A stretch of DNA of 64,000 nucleotides from an uncultured candidate division WWE3 bacterium (GCA_903879985.1 CAIRNR010000007.1:649925-713924), one strand, 5' to 3'. Positions 9,434-20,045 are shown, counted from the first letter of the stretch. The notes: a model not told the origin generated them from the sequence alone. Numbers and translations: made by a program.

Positions 9434-10546
9434 ATGCTATCAATCGGAATCGTCGGACTACCAAACGTTGGAAAATCCACACTATTTAACGCACTACTTA
9501 AACGCCAAGCTGCACTCGCGGCTAATTATCCTTTTGCCACCATTGAGCCTAATGTTGGTATTGTTGATGTTCCTGATGAGCGTTTACAAACATTAGCTCG
9601 TTTTGTTCAAAATGATTGTGGACGTACTGCGGGAACTAGGGAAGTTCCAGAAAAAATTACACCGGCACTTATTCGTTTTTATGATATTGCCGGACTTGTT
9701 AAGGGTGCTTCTCAAGGAGAAGGTTTAGGAAACGAGTTTTTGGGTCATATACGTGAGTGTGACGCTATTGTTCAGGTTGTGCGTGCATTTACGGATGAGA
9801 ACGTTATTCGTGCTGGTGCTACAGAACCTAAGTCTGATATCGAAATTATAAATACGGAACTTATACTGGCCGATCTACAATCTTTGGACAAGAAGCTTCA
9901 GAACCTTGAAAGAGAATCAAAAGTGGCTAAATCCAAGGACGATATGACAAAGTTAGACATTTACCGCAGATTAAAGGCAACTTTAGACGAAGGTACGTTG
10001 GCTAAAGAAGTTCCACTAACCGAAGATGAAAAATACCTCGTTAAAGATTTAAATTTGCTTACACTCAAGTCTATGATTTATGTTTTGAACGTAGATGAGG
10101 GAAAATCGGGAGAAGAACTTACCCAAAACATAGGCATACCCGCGCAGAATCAACTAAGGATTTCTGCAAAAATTGAGTCAGAATTAGCCGAATTTGAACC
10201 GGAAGAGCGCAAAAGTTACATGGAAGCAGCAGGGATTGAATCAACAGGCTTAGATTTACTTATTAAAAAGGGTTACGAGATTTTGGGACTTGAAACATTC
10301 TTAACCATGGGCCCAAAGGAAGTTCGCGCTTGGACTTATGAAAAAGGATCAAAGGCGCCACAAGCGGCAGGAAAGATACATACTGACTTTGAAAGAGGCT
10401 TTATATCGGCTGAAATTATTAATTATGAAACTCTTTGTTCAGTAGAGAGCTTGAAAAAAGCCAAGGAACAAGGTTTAATACGCTTAGAAGGCAAACAGTA
10501 CACAATGAAAGACGGGGATGTGGTAGAGTTCAACTTTAGTGTATAA
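9434..10546 (+). CDS. ychF: Redox-regulated ATPase YchF
   Basis: GIVGLPNVGKSTLFN, NYPFATIEPN, DIAGLVKGAS, TGS domain. Confidence 0.97.
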   Translation: MLSIGIVGLPNVGKSTLFNALLKRQAALAANYPFATIEPNVGIVDVPDERLQTLARFVQNDCGRTAGTREVPEKITPALIRFYDIAGLVKGASQGEGLGNEFLGHIRECDAIVQVVRAFTDENVIRAGATEPKSDIEIINTELILADLQSLDKKLQNLERESKVAKSKDDMTKLDIYRRLKATLDEGTLAKEVPLTEDEKYLVKDLNLLTLKSMIYVLNVDEGKSGEELTQNIGIPAQNQLRISAKIESELAEFEPEERKSYMEAAGIESTGLDLLIKKGYEILGLETFLTMGPKEVRAWTYEKGSKAPQAAGKIHTDFERGFISAEIINYETLCSVESLKKAKEQGLIRLEGKQYTMKDGDVVEFNFSV

Positions 10547-10707
10547 CAAGCGTGTAAAATTAGTTTGACCAAACGCTTGCATTTATGCTACATTTTCTGT
10601 ACTATTCATTGGTTTTGGGGAATCTATTGCCACTAGATTATGTCTAATGGACAGTTACTTTTTGATAAAGCATAATGTGACTGTCAGGCAAAACAAAAAA
10701 AACGTTT

Positions 10708-10986
10708 ATGAAAAATTACGAAATAATGACTATATATAAAAGCAACCTCGGCGATCAAGCCGCTAAAGATCTTTCTACAAAGGTCCAAGAAGCTGTTACC
10801 GTATTAGGTGGCACAATTTCTAAAGCTAACTTTTGGGGAAAAAGAAAATTTGCTTATGAACTAGATAAAGAAAAAGAAGGCTACTATGACGTAGTTAACT
10901 TTGAACTTGATCCAGCTTCTATGGCGAAATTAAAGACTAAATTGAAATTATTAGATGGTTTGGTGAGATATTTAATTACGGCTTAA
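10708..10986 (+). CDS. rpsF: 30S ribosomal protein S6
   Basis: YEIM.I, WGKRKFAY; rpsF-ssb-rpsR synteny. Confidence 0.95.
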   Translation: MKNYEIMTIYKSNLGDQAAKDLSTKVQEAVTVLGGTISKANFWGKRKFAYELDKEKEGYYDVVNFELDPASMAKLKTKLKLLDGLVRYLITA

Positions 10987-11010
10987 TGCCGGGAGGGTAT
11001 TTTAAAACAT

Positions 11011-11478
11011 ATGGCGTCAAGAAACCTTAACAAGGTACTACTCATAGGAAACCTCACACGCGATCCTGAGATGCGATATACTCCTCAGGGAAATGCAGTA
11101 GCAAGTTTTGTAGTGGCCACCAACAGAGAATGGGTCACACAAGGTGAAAAAAAGCAGTCAGTTGATTTTCACAATGTTGTTGCATGGAACAAATTGGCAG
11201 AAATTTGCGGTCAATTACTTAAAAAAGGTGTTAAGGTTTACGTTGAAGGAAGACTCCAAACCAGAGATTGGGTTGGCGAAGATGGTAAAAAGAGATATAA
11301 GACTGAAATCGTTATCGATGACATGATTCTCTTAACAACTAAGAGAGACGGTACCGACGAAGCAGGCATGGACGGTGAAACAGAAGAAATGGGCGGAACC
11401 GAAACTACCACTTCATCCTCGTCAGATGAAATTAACTTAGATGATATTGATTTAGGAGATTTAGATACTTCTAAATAA
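11011..11478 (+). CDS. ssb: Single-stranded DNA-binding protein
   Basis: NKVLLIGNLTRDPE, VYVEGRLQTR. Confidence 0.97.
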   Translation: MASRNLNKVLLIGNLTRDPEMRYTPQGNAVASFVVATNREWVTQGEKKQSVDFHNVVAWNKLAEICGQLLKKGVKVYVEGRLQTRDWVGEDGKKRYKTEIVIDDMILLTTKRDGTDEAGMDGETEEMGGTETTTSSSSDEINLDDIDLGDLDTSK

Positions 11479-11493
11479 ACTAGAAAGACATTA

Positions 11494-11530
11494 GATTCAA
11501 GCCTTCGGCTTCGGGCCGGAGGCGGGAATC
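11494..11530 (+). other. Stable intergenic hairpin with UUCG loop
   Basis: GATTC-GCCTTCGGC-TTCG-GGCCGGAGGC-GAATC between ssb and rpsR. Confidence 0.6.
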
Positions 11531-11547
11531 GTTTTTAGGAAAAAAAT

Positions 11548-11811
11548 ATGGCAATACAAAAAAGAAAACCACAAAATAGAACAAACAGACCAAGACCAGC
11601 TAAAAATGTTGGTGATCACTTTGCACAAACAGGTACTACACCTGACTACAAAGAAGTTTTGGTATTAAGAAGATTCATTAGTGATCGTGGTAAGGTTTTG
11701 CCACAAAAATACAGTGGATTAAGCTCAAAATTTCAAAGATTAGTTTCTAAAGAAATTAAAAAAGCTAGATTCATGGGACTTTTACCCTACACTGATCGTC
11801 ACGCTCTTTAA
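11548..11811 (+). CDS. rpsR: 30S ribosomal protein S18 (Cys-less form)
   Basis: DYK..L.RFISDRGK, QR.V..EIKKAR.MGLLPY. Confidence 0.95.
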   Translation: MAIQKRKPQNRTNRPRPAKNVGDHFAQTGTTPDYKEVLVLRRFISDRGKVLPQKYSGLSSKFQRLVSKEIKKARFMGLLPYTDRHAL

Positions 11812-11864
11812 TCAGCAAAACTACTATTCCAAATGTTCTGCTTTTCGCGTATATTTGTCTGGTT

Positions 11865-12287
11865 ATGAAAAATTTCCGTAAAACATTGAGAACAATATTA
11901 TTGGCTACGTTAATACCAATTGTGGCGATAGGTTGTTTAGTTGGCGGTTACGTTTATGGGAATAAAAGTTTTGCCTCACAGATAAAAAAGAATCCACCAA
12001 AAATTGAAGTTCTAAATAAAGCTCAACCTGATGTCAAAGGAAGTAATACTGAAGATTTCGTTTTGTTCTGGCAAGTCTGGGATATGGTTACGCAAACTTA
12101 TTTATTACGTCCGGTGGATCCTCAAAAAATGATGGACGGCGCTATAACGAGTGTTCAAGCTTACTTCGCGACTACTGATCCTAACGCAACTACTGCACCA
12201 ACTTTACAAAGTATTTCCACTGAAAGTTCTCAAAGCACAACTTCAGTTACGCCATCGCCAACTATACCAGCGATTGAGAGTAAATAA
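11865..12287 (+). CDS. Membrane-anchored protein resembling the N-terminus of the S41 peptidase
   Basis: TM helix, DF.LFWQVWD motif shared with next gene, Ser/Thr tail. Confidence 0.7.
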   Translation: MKNFRKTLRTILLATLIPIVAIGCLVGGYVYGNKSFASQIKKNPPKIEVLNKAQPDVKGSNTEDFVLFWQVWDMVTQTYLLRPVDPQKMMDGAITSVQAYFATTDPNATTAPTLQSISTESSQSTTSVTPSPTIPAIESK

Positions 12288-12289
12288 AT

Positions 12290-13501
12290 ATGACATATAA
12301 AATGTTCCAAAAAATTCTAAAAACAATTTTACTTTTCGTTGGACTATTCTTTGCAGGTTACTACATTGGCGTTAGGGGAATTATTTTTGATGTTTCTATA
12401 AAGAAGCCATATTCTTTTGCCGTAAAAAACCAGCTTGCTTACAGCACTAAGGTTGATTTTAGTAAATTTTGGCAAGTTTGGGATGCGTCCATTGCAAATC
12501 AAAATAAAGCTACTGTAGATAAACTTTATTACAACGCGATGGTAGGTATGGTTGGTTCATTAGGCGATCCATATACCGCTTTTTTGCCGCCTCATGTAAA
12601 CAAAACGATAGGGGATGACCTTAATGGAAAATATCAAGGTATTGGTGCTGAGCTTGGTATGGATAACGGACAACTTATGGTTGTTGCTCCAATTGATGGT
12701 TCACCTGCAAAAGCAGCGGGACTTAAATCCGGAGATAAACTTTTAAAAATAGACGGTGTTACTACTGCAGGCATTACTGTTTCAGAGGCTGCAGGAAAAA
12801 TTAGAGGTGATGCTGGAACAGTTGTTGTATTAACTGCAAAAACCGGTGATGATCCCGAGCGTGATATTAAAATAACTCGTGGTGTTATATCGGTTGCTAG
12901 TGTTAAGTGGCAGGACAAAGGAAATGGGGTTGCCTATATTCGTATCAGTAGCTTTGGTGCTAAAACCAATGTTGAATGGGACAAAGCCGTTTCTGATATC
13001 ACAATGCAAATGTCTGAACTTAATACAGTAGTTGTGGATGTTCGTGGAAATCCTGGAGGTTATTTACAGTCAGCAGTTCATATAATAGAAGAATTTTATA
13101 ACGGAAAACCAGCGCTTTGGGAGGAAGATGCCGCCGGAAAGCAAACTCCACTTATGGCAAATAGATATGGAAGCTTTATGAAAGTTCCTACTGTATATGT
13201 ATTAATCGATCAAGGTAGTGCTTCAGCTTCTGAAATTGTTGCTGGTGCATTGCGTGCAGAAGTTCATGCTAAGTTGATTGGAGTTAAATCATTTGGAAAA
13301 GGTACTGTTCAGGATGCTCAAGATTTTAAAGATGGCTCCGGTATTCATATCACCATTGCTAAATGGTTAACACCAGACAAAATTTGGGTTCATAAAGTAG
13401 GATTGACTCCTGATGTTGTTGTCGAAATAACTCCAGAGGATGTTAAAAATGGCGTTGATCCACAGTTAAATAAGGTTCTGGAATTTGCCAATCCTAAATA
13501 A
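12290..13501 (+). CDS. ctpA: S41 family carboxyl-terminal protease
   Basis: LGDPYT, PDZ, DVRGNPGG, SASASE, FGKGTVQ. Confidence 0.93.
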   Translation: MTYKMFQKILKTILLFVGLFFAGYYIGVRGIIFDVSIKKPYSFAVKNQLAYSTKVDFSKFWQVWDASIANQNKATVDKLYYNAMVGMVGSLGDPYTAFLPPHVNKTIGDDLNGKYQGIGAELGMDNGQLMVVAPIDGSPAKAAGLKSGDKLLKIDGVTTAGITVSEAAGKIRGDAGTVVVLTAKTGDDPERDIKITRGVISVASVKWQDKGNGVAYIRISSFGAKTNVEWDKAVSDITMQMSELNTVVVDVRGNPGGYLQSAVHIIEEFYNGKPALWEEDAAGKQTPLMANRYGSFMKVPTVYVLIDQGSASASEIVAGALRAEVHAKLIGVKSFGKGTVQDAQDFKDGSGIHITIAKWLTPDKIWVHKVGLTPDVVVEITPEDVKNGVDPQLNKVLEFANPK

Positions 13502-13522
13502 AAGTAGTAGTTTATTTTTATT

Positions 13523-14668
13523 ATGCAAACGAAATACAAACCTATTGTAGGAATCTTTTGGATAATACTTTTTGTCACACTTATCGGATTGCTTTCATTC
13601 CGTTTTAATCCTAATGCCAATAACAGTATAAAAAGTTTTGTAAGTAATATGGAGAATCGTTTTACTTCGTTAGTTAAAGGTACGCCCTACAAAAGTTCAA
13701 ACATAGTCTCTAACCAAGAGGTTGTTCAAGAGGAATCAAGTACGATTGATGTTGTAAACAAAGTTTCACCAGCTGTTGTTTCTGTTGTTATTCGCACAGT
13801 TAGTTTTAATAGATATTCCGGACCTTCTTCTACAAATCAGGGGATTGGTACAGGTTTTATAGTATCTTCGGATGGTCTAATTGTAACCAATAGTCACGTT
13901 GTTTATGATACCAGTGGGCAATATGCCGTAGTTTTAAAAGATGGCACTACATACAACGTTAAGACTGTTAACCAAGATTCTGTTTCAGATTTAGCCATTT
14001 TAAAAATTGATGCAACAAATCTTCCAACAGTTACTTTAGGAGACTCAGAAAACATAAAAGTTGGACAAACAGCGATTGCAATTGGCAATGCTCTTGGTCG
14101 ATTTGATAATACTGTAACCAAAGGAGTCATTTCTGGTGTTGCTCGTGAGCTTCAAGCCGCGTCTCCAACTGGGGATATAAACACTTACGAAAATGCTATT
14201 CAAACTGATGCATCGCTGAACCCAGGAAACTCAGGTGGTCCGTTATTGAACTCTGCAGGAGAAGTAGTAGGTATCAATGTTGCTACAGCAAGCGCCGAGA
14301 ATATTAACTTTGCGATTCCAATTAATAACTTAAAACCAATCTTAGCCGGTTATTTAGCAACAGGAAAAATTGTGCGTCCGTTTTTGGGTGTTGGGTATAG
14401 CATGATTAGCAAAGAAATTGCGGCACTGCAAAGATTGCCTGAAGGAGCTTTTGTATCAAGGGTACTGGCAAAGTCACCCGCAGATAAAGCAGGGTTACAA
14501 AGTGGGGATATTATTAAAAAACTTAATGATGTGAATCTTTCGGAATCAACAACGTTGTCTATGGTTTTATCAAAATATAAAGTAGGGGACACAATAACGT
14601 TGATTATTGATAGAAGTGGTAAGGAAATGACGTTAAAGGCTACATTGGCCGAAGCTTCAGGTAACTAA
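13523..14668 (+). CDS. htrA: HtrA/DegP-like serine protease with PDZ domain
   Basis: GTGFI, TNSHV, DLA, GNSGGPL, PDZ. Confidence 0.93.
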   Translation: MQTKYKPIVGIFWIILFVTLIGLLSFRFNPNANNSIKSFVSNMENRFTSLVKGTPYKSSNIVSNQEVVQEESSTIDVVNKVSPAVVSVVIRTVSFNRYSGPSSTNQGIGTGFIVSSDGLIVTNSHVVYDTSGQYAVVLKDGTTYNVKTVNQDSVSDLAILKIDATNLPTVTLGDSENIKVGQTAIAIGNALGRFDNTVTKGVISGVARELQAASPTGDINTYENAIQTDASLNPGNSGGPLLNSAGEVVGINVATASAENINFAIPINNLKPILAGYLATGKIVRPFLGVGYSMISKEIAALQRLPEGAFVSRVLAKSPADKAGLQSGDIIKKLNDVNLSESTTLSMVLSKYKVGDTITLIIDRSGKEMTLKATLAEASGN

Positions 14669-14703
14669 ACTAGTTCGCACAGCACTTCCTATACGCTGCT
14701 TTT

Positions 14704-15690
14704 TTACTCGGCTAACTGATTTTCGTGACCTTCTGTTCCTATTAAACTGCACGCGCGCAATATTTTATCTATATCACCGTTCATAATCATTCCGATACCG
14801 TGCCATGATTCGTTTATTCTGTGGTCGGTTACACGATCTTGTGGAAAATTATATGTTCTTACTTTTTCGTTACGTTCGCCGTTTCCAACCTGACCTGTGC
14901 GCAAATCGGCAACGTTTTTGACCTGCTGTGTTTGCATTTCCTGGTATAAACGTGAACTTAGTATCTCCAAAGCTTTTGTGCGGTTTTTTCCTTGAAATCT
15001 TTCTTCCTGGCATTCAACAATAACTCCTGTTGGTCTGTGGATTAAACGCACGGCTGTAGAGACTTTGTTTACGTTTTGGCCACCTTTTCCGCCTGATCTA
15101 AAAAATTCCCAAATTAAATCATCAGGATGAATTTCAATATTAATTTTTTTCAGTTTTGGTAATACCGCGATAGTGGCAGTTGATGTGTGTATTCGGCCAC
15201 CAGACTCTGTTACAGGCACTCTTTGGACTCTATGGACGCCAGACTCGTTTCTTAGTAATGTGAACACGTCCTTGCCTCGTAACTCTGCTGAGATTGTTTT
15301 AACTCCACCTGCATCATTTTCTGATTTAAATACTTCTTCCATTTTCCAGTTGTGAGTTTCAGCATATCTCTCGTACATGCGGTAGAGTTCTGCAGCAAAT
15401 AGGGCAGCTTCATCGCCACCGGTTCCTGCACGAATTTCAATAGTAGTTAAGTTTACGTTAACGTTGCTTTCTCCGTTGTCGTTATCTGAGGCATCTTCTT
15501 TGACTCCGTTTTCAATATCACTCAGTGTTTTTTCTAATTCGGCTTTTTGGTTATTTAATGAGGTGATTTCTTCCTCAACCAACTGCTTAAACGCAGCATC
15601 ATCACTTGTTTGTAAAAGGTTTTGATTCGATAAAATATCAACATCAAGCCTTTGAATTTCGTTTTTTAAGTACAAAAGTGTTTGATCCAT
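14704..15690 (-). CDS. prfA: Peptide chain release factor 1
   Basis: PVT motif, GGQ, EIRAGTGG. Confidence 0.95.
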   Translation of the reverse strand: MDQTLLYLKNEIQRLDVDILSNQNLLQTSDDAAFKQLVEEEITSLNNQKAELEKTLSDIENGVKEDASDNDNGESNVNVNLTTIEIRAGTGGDEAALFAAELYRMYERYAETHNWKMEEVFKSENDAGGVKTISAELRGKDVFTLLRNESGVHRVQRVPVTESGGRIHTSTATIAVLPKLKKINIEIHPDDLIWEFFRSGGKGGQNVNKVSTAVRLIHRPTGVIVECQEERFQGKNRTKALEILSSRLYQEMQTQQVKNVADLRTGQVGNGERNEKVRTYNFPQDRVTDHRINESWHGIGMIMNGDIDKILRACSLIGTEGHENQLAE

Positions 15691-15737
15691 ATTTAAAGTG
15701 TATTACTTAGGAGGGAATTAAAAAATAACTTCGACAT

Positions 15738-16073
15738 CTACTGATTATTAGCTTCAGTTTTTTCGGTTTGTTTTAACAATTCTTTAAGGTCTTGAGTTTT
15801 TGGTTCTGGAATTCTTTGATTTCTGACTTCTTTAGCTTTTTTAGCGGCAATGTTTTCTTTTTTCTTTTCTTCGGCAACCAAGAATTTCTTGTTAAACTTG
15901 TCGATTCTTCTTTCGGTGTCTACGAATCTTCTTTGTCCTGTATAAAAAGGATGGCAAGCACTACAAATTTCTACCGAAATAGCTGGTAGTGTTGAGATTG
16001 TTGTAAATTTGTTGCCACAAGCACATGTGACTACGGTTTCCATATTTACTTTTGGATGAATATTACTTTTCAT
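15738..16073 (-). CDS. rpmE: 50S ribosomal protein L31 (Zn-binding type, C-terminal extension)
   Basis: [20 protein letters not shown]. Confidence 0.96.
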   Translation of the reverse strand: MKSNIHPKVNMETVVTCACGNKFTTISTLPAISVEICSACHPFYTGQRRFVDTERRIDKFNKKFLVAEEKKKENIAAKKAKEVRNQRIPEPKTQDLKELLKQTEKTEANNQ

Positions 16074-16150
16074 ACGAATGGCAGTATACCAGTATTTTTT
16101 TATTATTACAAGCGTTGGATAGGCTTTAGTGCCGCTGTATATAGGAAAAG

Positions 16151-16188
16151 AAAGCCCTCGGAGAATTTTTTGTTTTCTTCGAGGGTTT
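16151..16188 (-). terminator. Terminator after lipoprotein gene
   Basis: CCCTCG/CGAGGG stem with T-rich tail on minus strand. Confidence 0.6.
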
Positions 16189-16194
16189 AGTGGA

Positions 16195-16614
16195 TCACTT
16201 GTCGCACGGTACGTCCTTTAATGAGGACTTTACTACCGTTTTTTCGCCAGAGCGCATGTCCGTGTTGTAGTAGAACGTATAGCACTTGTCGATTTTGTCT
16301 TGGTATGAAAGCCATTCTTTCTCATCTTCCACGTTCATGGCATACGAGTAGCTGGAGTCCTTAAAATATACCCAGCGCGATGTTGTTTCATTTGGCATGG
16401 GCAGCTCTCCGAACTTCGACTCGTACGGTTTAGGGGTCCACGTTGTGTCTTGTGTGGCCTTTACCTCGATACCCTTAGGCGATATGATCTTGGTGACCGA
16501 CTGCCAGCCTGGACCAGTTAATTTTGCTCCGGTCTTAGTGCTAGGTAGGCAACCGCTCAAGAGCATGCTAGCCAGGATTACCAAAAGTATATAAATCCGA
16601 AAATTCAGTTTCAT
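16195..16614 (-). CDS. Putative lipoprotein
   Basis: Signal peptide with LSGC lipobox; SD AAGGAG; own promoter TTGACC-17-TAAAAT. Confidence 0.8.
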   Translation of the reverse strand: MKLNFRIYILLVILASMLLSGCLPSTKTGAKLTGPGWQSVTKIISPKGIEVKATQDTTWTPKPYESKFGELPMPNETTSRWVYFKDSSYSYAMNVEDEKEWLSYQDKIDKCYTFYYNTDMRSGEKTVVKSSLKDVPCDK

Positions 16615-16715
16615 AGCTCTTCTCCTTTTTCTATTGATGGTTTATGAAAATTACAAGAATTTTAACAGGTGTAACCTATAGGGTCAAGTTTCGCTGTTTC
16701 TTGTAGGTTATGTAT

Positions 16716-17717
16716 TTAGTCGTGATTAGGTGCACACTCGGCGAGTATTACGCCCAAAGCGATAAACGCGGCTCCAACGAGCATATATTTGTTTGGCACT
16801 TCACCAAGTAGCCAAAAGGCAAATGGGAATGTAAATATCGTTGAAAGATAAGAATAAATAGCCGTGTCAGCTACCTTTGCGTATTCAAACGCCCACTGGG
16901 ATAGCATGTATGCGATTATGGATGAAAAAATAACCATAAACAGTAATCCAAAAACCGCCGTAGGGTTTAAAGCAAACAAATCGAAATTCGGGTAACCGTT
17001 AGTTGACATTCGTTCAAGCACTGCAAAAGGTAAAAGTGTAACGATTCCAACATAAAACGAAAGTGTAACAATTAAACTTGGTGAGTATTTACGAACCATT
17101 GGTTTTATATGCACAAAACTTAGGGATTTCTTTAAAATTTTAGAACGTTCGCCCATGCTGAATTTTGACCATATTACGTATATCAACCATGCTAAACCAT
17201 AAATTAAACCTAATGCATTTCCAAAAATTCTACTGGATATAGCTATATTACTGGCGTTGTCGGCAAAAGCTGGTTCTAAAATAATAAATAGTGTTCCAAT
17301 AGAAGCGATAATTAGTCCTATTGTCATTTGGCGGCTAACTTTTTCTTTATAAAAATAATGACCGGCATACACCGATAAAACCGATCCTAATACCGAGATA
17401 ATTGTGTAATCCAATACCGTTGTGTACTTTAAAGCTACAAATACTAAAGCAATCGAACTTTGTGAAAATAATCCGAGTAATACAAAATTAAAAATATCTT
17501 TTCTATCTACCGGCTCGCGATGTAATTTATATACGGCGTAGGGCAGCAAAATAATTCCGACGAGTAAAAATCTTAAGAATAGAAAGGTAAAAGGTGGAAT
17601 ATATTCGAGCGTGAGCTTTATTACAGGTCCTGCAGCTCCCCAAATAAAATTGGCTATCAATAACGCTAGTTGGGCGTAAAGTACTTTTTTGGGCAGTTTG
17701 GGGGCAAATGCAAACAT
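16716..17717 (-). CDS. EamA/DMT family transporter
   Basis: About 10 TM helices; IWG, FLRF, LLGE motifs. Confidence 0.9.
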   Translation of the reverse strand: MFAFAPKLPKKVLYAQLALLIANFIWGAAGPVIKLTLEYIPPFTFLFLRFLLVGIILLPYAVYKLHREPVDRKDIFNFVLLGLFSQSSIALVFVALKYTTVLDYTIISVLGSVLSVYAGHYFYKEKVSRQMTIGLIIASIGTLFIILEPAFADNASNIAISSRIFGNALGLIYGLAWLIYVIWSKFSMGERSKILKKSLSFVHIKPMVRKYSPSLIVTLSFYVGIVTLLPFAVLERMSTNGYPNFDLFALNPTAVFGLLFMVIFSSIIAYMLSQWAFEYAKVADTAIYSYLSTIFTFPFAFWLLGEVPNKYMLVGAAFIALGVILAECAPNHD

Positions 17718-17721
17718 TAAG

Positions 17722-19053
17722 TTATTCTATATCGGACAGAAAATTTTCTAAAGACTTTGTTTCCTGTTTTTGGCTTGTTAAGTCTTTTATTGTAACTTGA
17801 CCTGCTTTAAGTTCGTTTTCGCCAATCATTATTACGTATTTTATGTTCTTTTTATCAGCGTATTTTAATTGTTTATCAAGTCTTGTCTCAGATCCTGTCC
17901 AAAGTGTGACATTCTTGCCTTTGTTGCGTAAAGCTTTGGCTACCTCATAGGAAGCTTCGTAGTAGGATGTGCTATTTTTATCGGCCGTTGGCCAAACGGA
18001 AACCAAATATTCGGTTTCGGAGTTTATTAGTTCTGGCAATAAGTTCCAGTTTTTTAAGAACTCAAGTAGGGTAATGTCGCCCATGGCAAATCCTGTTGCT
18101 TCAAGTTTGTAGTTACCAAAAATTTCGATGAGTCTGTCAAAGCGCTCACCGCCAAATAGGGAACGACGATTATTTGGGTTTTTATCGAAGACTTCATATA
18201 CAAGACCGTCGCTGTAATCAAATCCACGAATTATTGAAGGATCAAAGGTAACGTATCTAGCAAGATTAGTTTTTTTAAGCAATTCAAATAGTTTATTAAT
18301 GTTTTGAAATCCAAGGTTATTTTGGAGAATCTCTGTTGGTATTACTTGGTTAAGGTTTTCTAACGTGGAGTTCATGTATTTTTCCACGGTTTCCGCCTGT
18401 GACATGTTTAGGCCGATGTCGGTTAAGGCTTTTATAAAATCATCTTTTTCCATTTTCTTGCGTTTATCCATTAAGCGACGCGTAGACAATACTTTTTCTT
18501 CAGGAAGTTTCAAAGTGTCTTGTAATAAAGCTCCAATTAAGCGACGATCACTTACAAAAACTTCGTACATATTTTCGTTTGCGCCGAATTCTTCCATAAG
18601 AGCAATGATTAGCGAAAAAATTTCAAAGTCGGCTTCGACTCCGGGTATTCCAAATATGTTGCATTCTAGTTGGTAAAATTCACGTCCACGACCAAGCTGT
18701 GGTTTTTCATAACGCCAATTGTTGCCGATCATAAACCACTTAACAGGGGATTGAAGTTCGCCAAATTTTTGTGCCAATAATCTAACGGTTCCAGGTGATA
18801 ATTCTGGTCGCAAGGCTAATTTTCTACCGGCTTTATCTTCAAAGGAAAATAACTGCTGGTTTACTATTTCTTCGCCTGTTTTTGCAGCAAAAATTTCGAG
18901 AGGTTCCAAAATTGGGAAGTCGTATTCTTCAAAGCCAAATCTAACAGCAACACGTTTCCATGTGCTAAAAATGTAGTTGCGTACGCGCATATCGGCTGGG
19001 TAAAAATCGCGCGCGCCTTTGTATGCTTGTGTGTTTAGTTTTTGTTCGGTCAT
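17722..19053 (-). CDS. hisS: Histidine--tRNA ligase
   Basis: G.RDFYP, LRPE, RYEKPQ.GR.REFYQ, RGFDY, anticodon-binding domain. Confidence 0.97.
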   Translation of the reverse strand: MTEQKLNTQAYKGARDFYPADMRVRNYIFSTWKRVAVRFGFEEYDFPILEPLEIFAAKTGEEIVNQQLFSFEDKAGRKLALRPELSPGTVRLLAQKFGELQSPVKWFMIGNNWRYEKPQLGRGREFYQLECNIFGIPGVEADFEIFSLIIALMEEFGANENMYEVFVSDRRLIGALLQDTLKLPEEKVLSTRRLMDKRKKMEKDDFIKALTDIGLNMSQAETVEKYMNSTLENLNQVIPTEILQNNLGFQNINKLFELLKKTNLARYVTFDPSIIRGFDYSDGLVYEVFDKNPNNRRSLFGGERFDRLIEIFGNYKLEATGFAMGDITLLEFLKNWNLLPELINSETEYLVSVWPTADKNSTSYYEASYEVAKALRNKGKNVTLWTGSETRLDKQLKYADKKNIKYVIMIGENELKAGQVTIKDLTSQKQETKSLENFLSDIE

Positions 19054-19094
19054 ATTCGTATTAATTATATATTACTTTATAATTTAATAGTTAG

Positions 19095-19135
19095 GGAAGC
19101 GTGTGGAGGTTTTATGCCTTTTTCACACGCTTCCT
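19095..19135. terminator. Hairpin between orphan gene and hisS
   Basis: GGAAGCGTGTG...CACACGCTTCC; T-tract is on the + side only. Confidence 0.6.
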
Positions 19136-19209
19136 TTATTTTTTTCTGGATACTTACTTTTGTATGTGTGGTCCAGCTCCTCCAAAATCCCTAACAATGC
19201 TTGTCATTT

Positions 19210-19971
19210 TCAGCTCTCCTTTCTTATGTACGGATATATGCAGGGAAATTTTGCGTCTCCTAGTTTGAACATTTGAATCCTTCGTACCCACGACTCTGTT
19301 TGTTCTGTTCCTTCGGTGGCGAGCAATATTCCCTCGGTTGCTTCAATCAGGTAACCTTCCTCTGCGTATGCTCTAAGCATCAGTTCTGCGATTTTTAATA
19401 GGTCGCTGTCTTTAGGTTCGGCGATTCCGTAATATTTTTGCAGAGATTCTCGTTGGAATTCGGCTTCTCTTAGCAACATATCTTGAGGAATTTCCATTTT
19501 GCCTTGATAAGTGCCCGATCCCATTAGTCCCAAACTACATATTTCCATAAGTTGAGGGAACATTTTCGAAAGTTGTTGGTTTAGACTGCTAACGTATGCC
19601 TTTCTTCTTTCATTCATGATCTCTTTGTTCAACTCATTACCTAATACTGGGGCTTTAAATACTTCGTAACTGTTATCGCCAACAATAATTGTTAGCTTCG
19701 ACGGAATGCCTAACTCCCACAATTTTGTAGTAAGTTGCTGAAGTTTAGGAACTCGCGGAAAGAACAAACCGTCTTTAGGTTCCTCAGTTGGCATAAACAG
19801 TTCCCGTTGATCCGAACTTAGGTATTTACCCCGCATCTTTGGGCATACGAATATCACCAAATTTAAATATCCATATTCTGCCAAAGATTTTTCCACAAAT
19901 TCTAAGGTAGGGAAGTCCTCGTTGTCTTGCAAACGATCAAACTCGCGCAACACCTTCAATACAGCGTCCAT
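19210..19971 (-). CDS. Hypothetical protein with predicted Rossmann/HUP (CDPS-like) topology
   Basis: AAAGGAGGTG SD before ATG 19971; LVIFVCP, LTIIVGD, AYAEEG, ILLATE, PCIYP segments. Confidence 0.75.
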   Translation of the reverse strand: MDAVLKVLREFDRLQDNEDFPTLEFVEKSLAEYGYLNLVIFVCPKMRGKYLSSDQRELFMPTEEPKDGLFFPRVPKLQQLTTKLWELGIPSKLTIIVGDNSYEVFKAPVLGNELNKEIMNERRKAYVSSLNQQLSKMFPQLMEICSLGLMGSGTYQGKMEIPQDMLLREAEFQRESLQKYYGIAEPKDSDLLKIAELMLRAYAEEGYLIEATEGILLATEGTEQTESWVRRIQMFKLGDAKFPCIYPYIRKES

Positions 19972-20045
19972 TGATACACCTCCTTTCAAGTTATTTAATT
20001 TTTTAAAGACTATTTTTATGTTTTTCATATTTGCCTTTAGAACGC

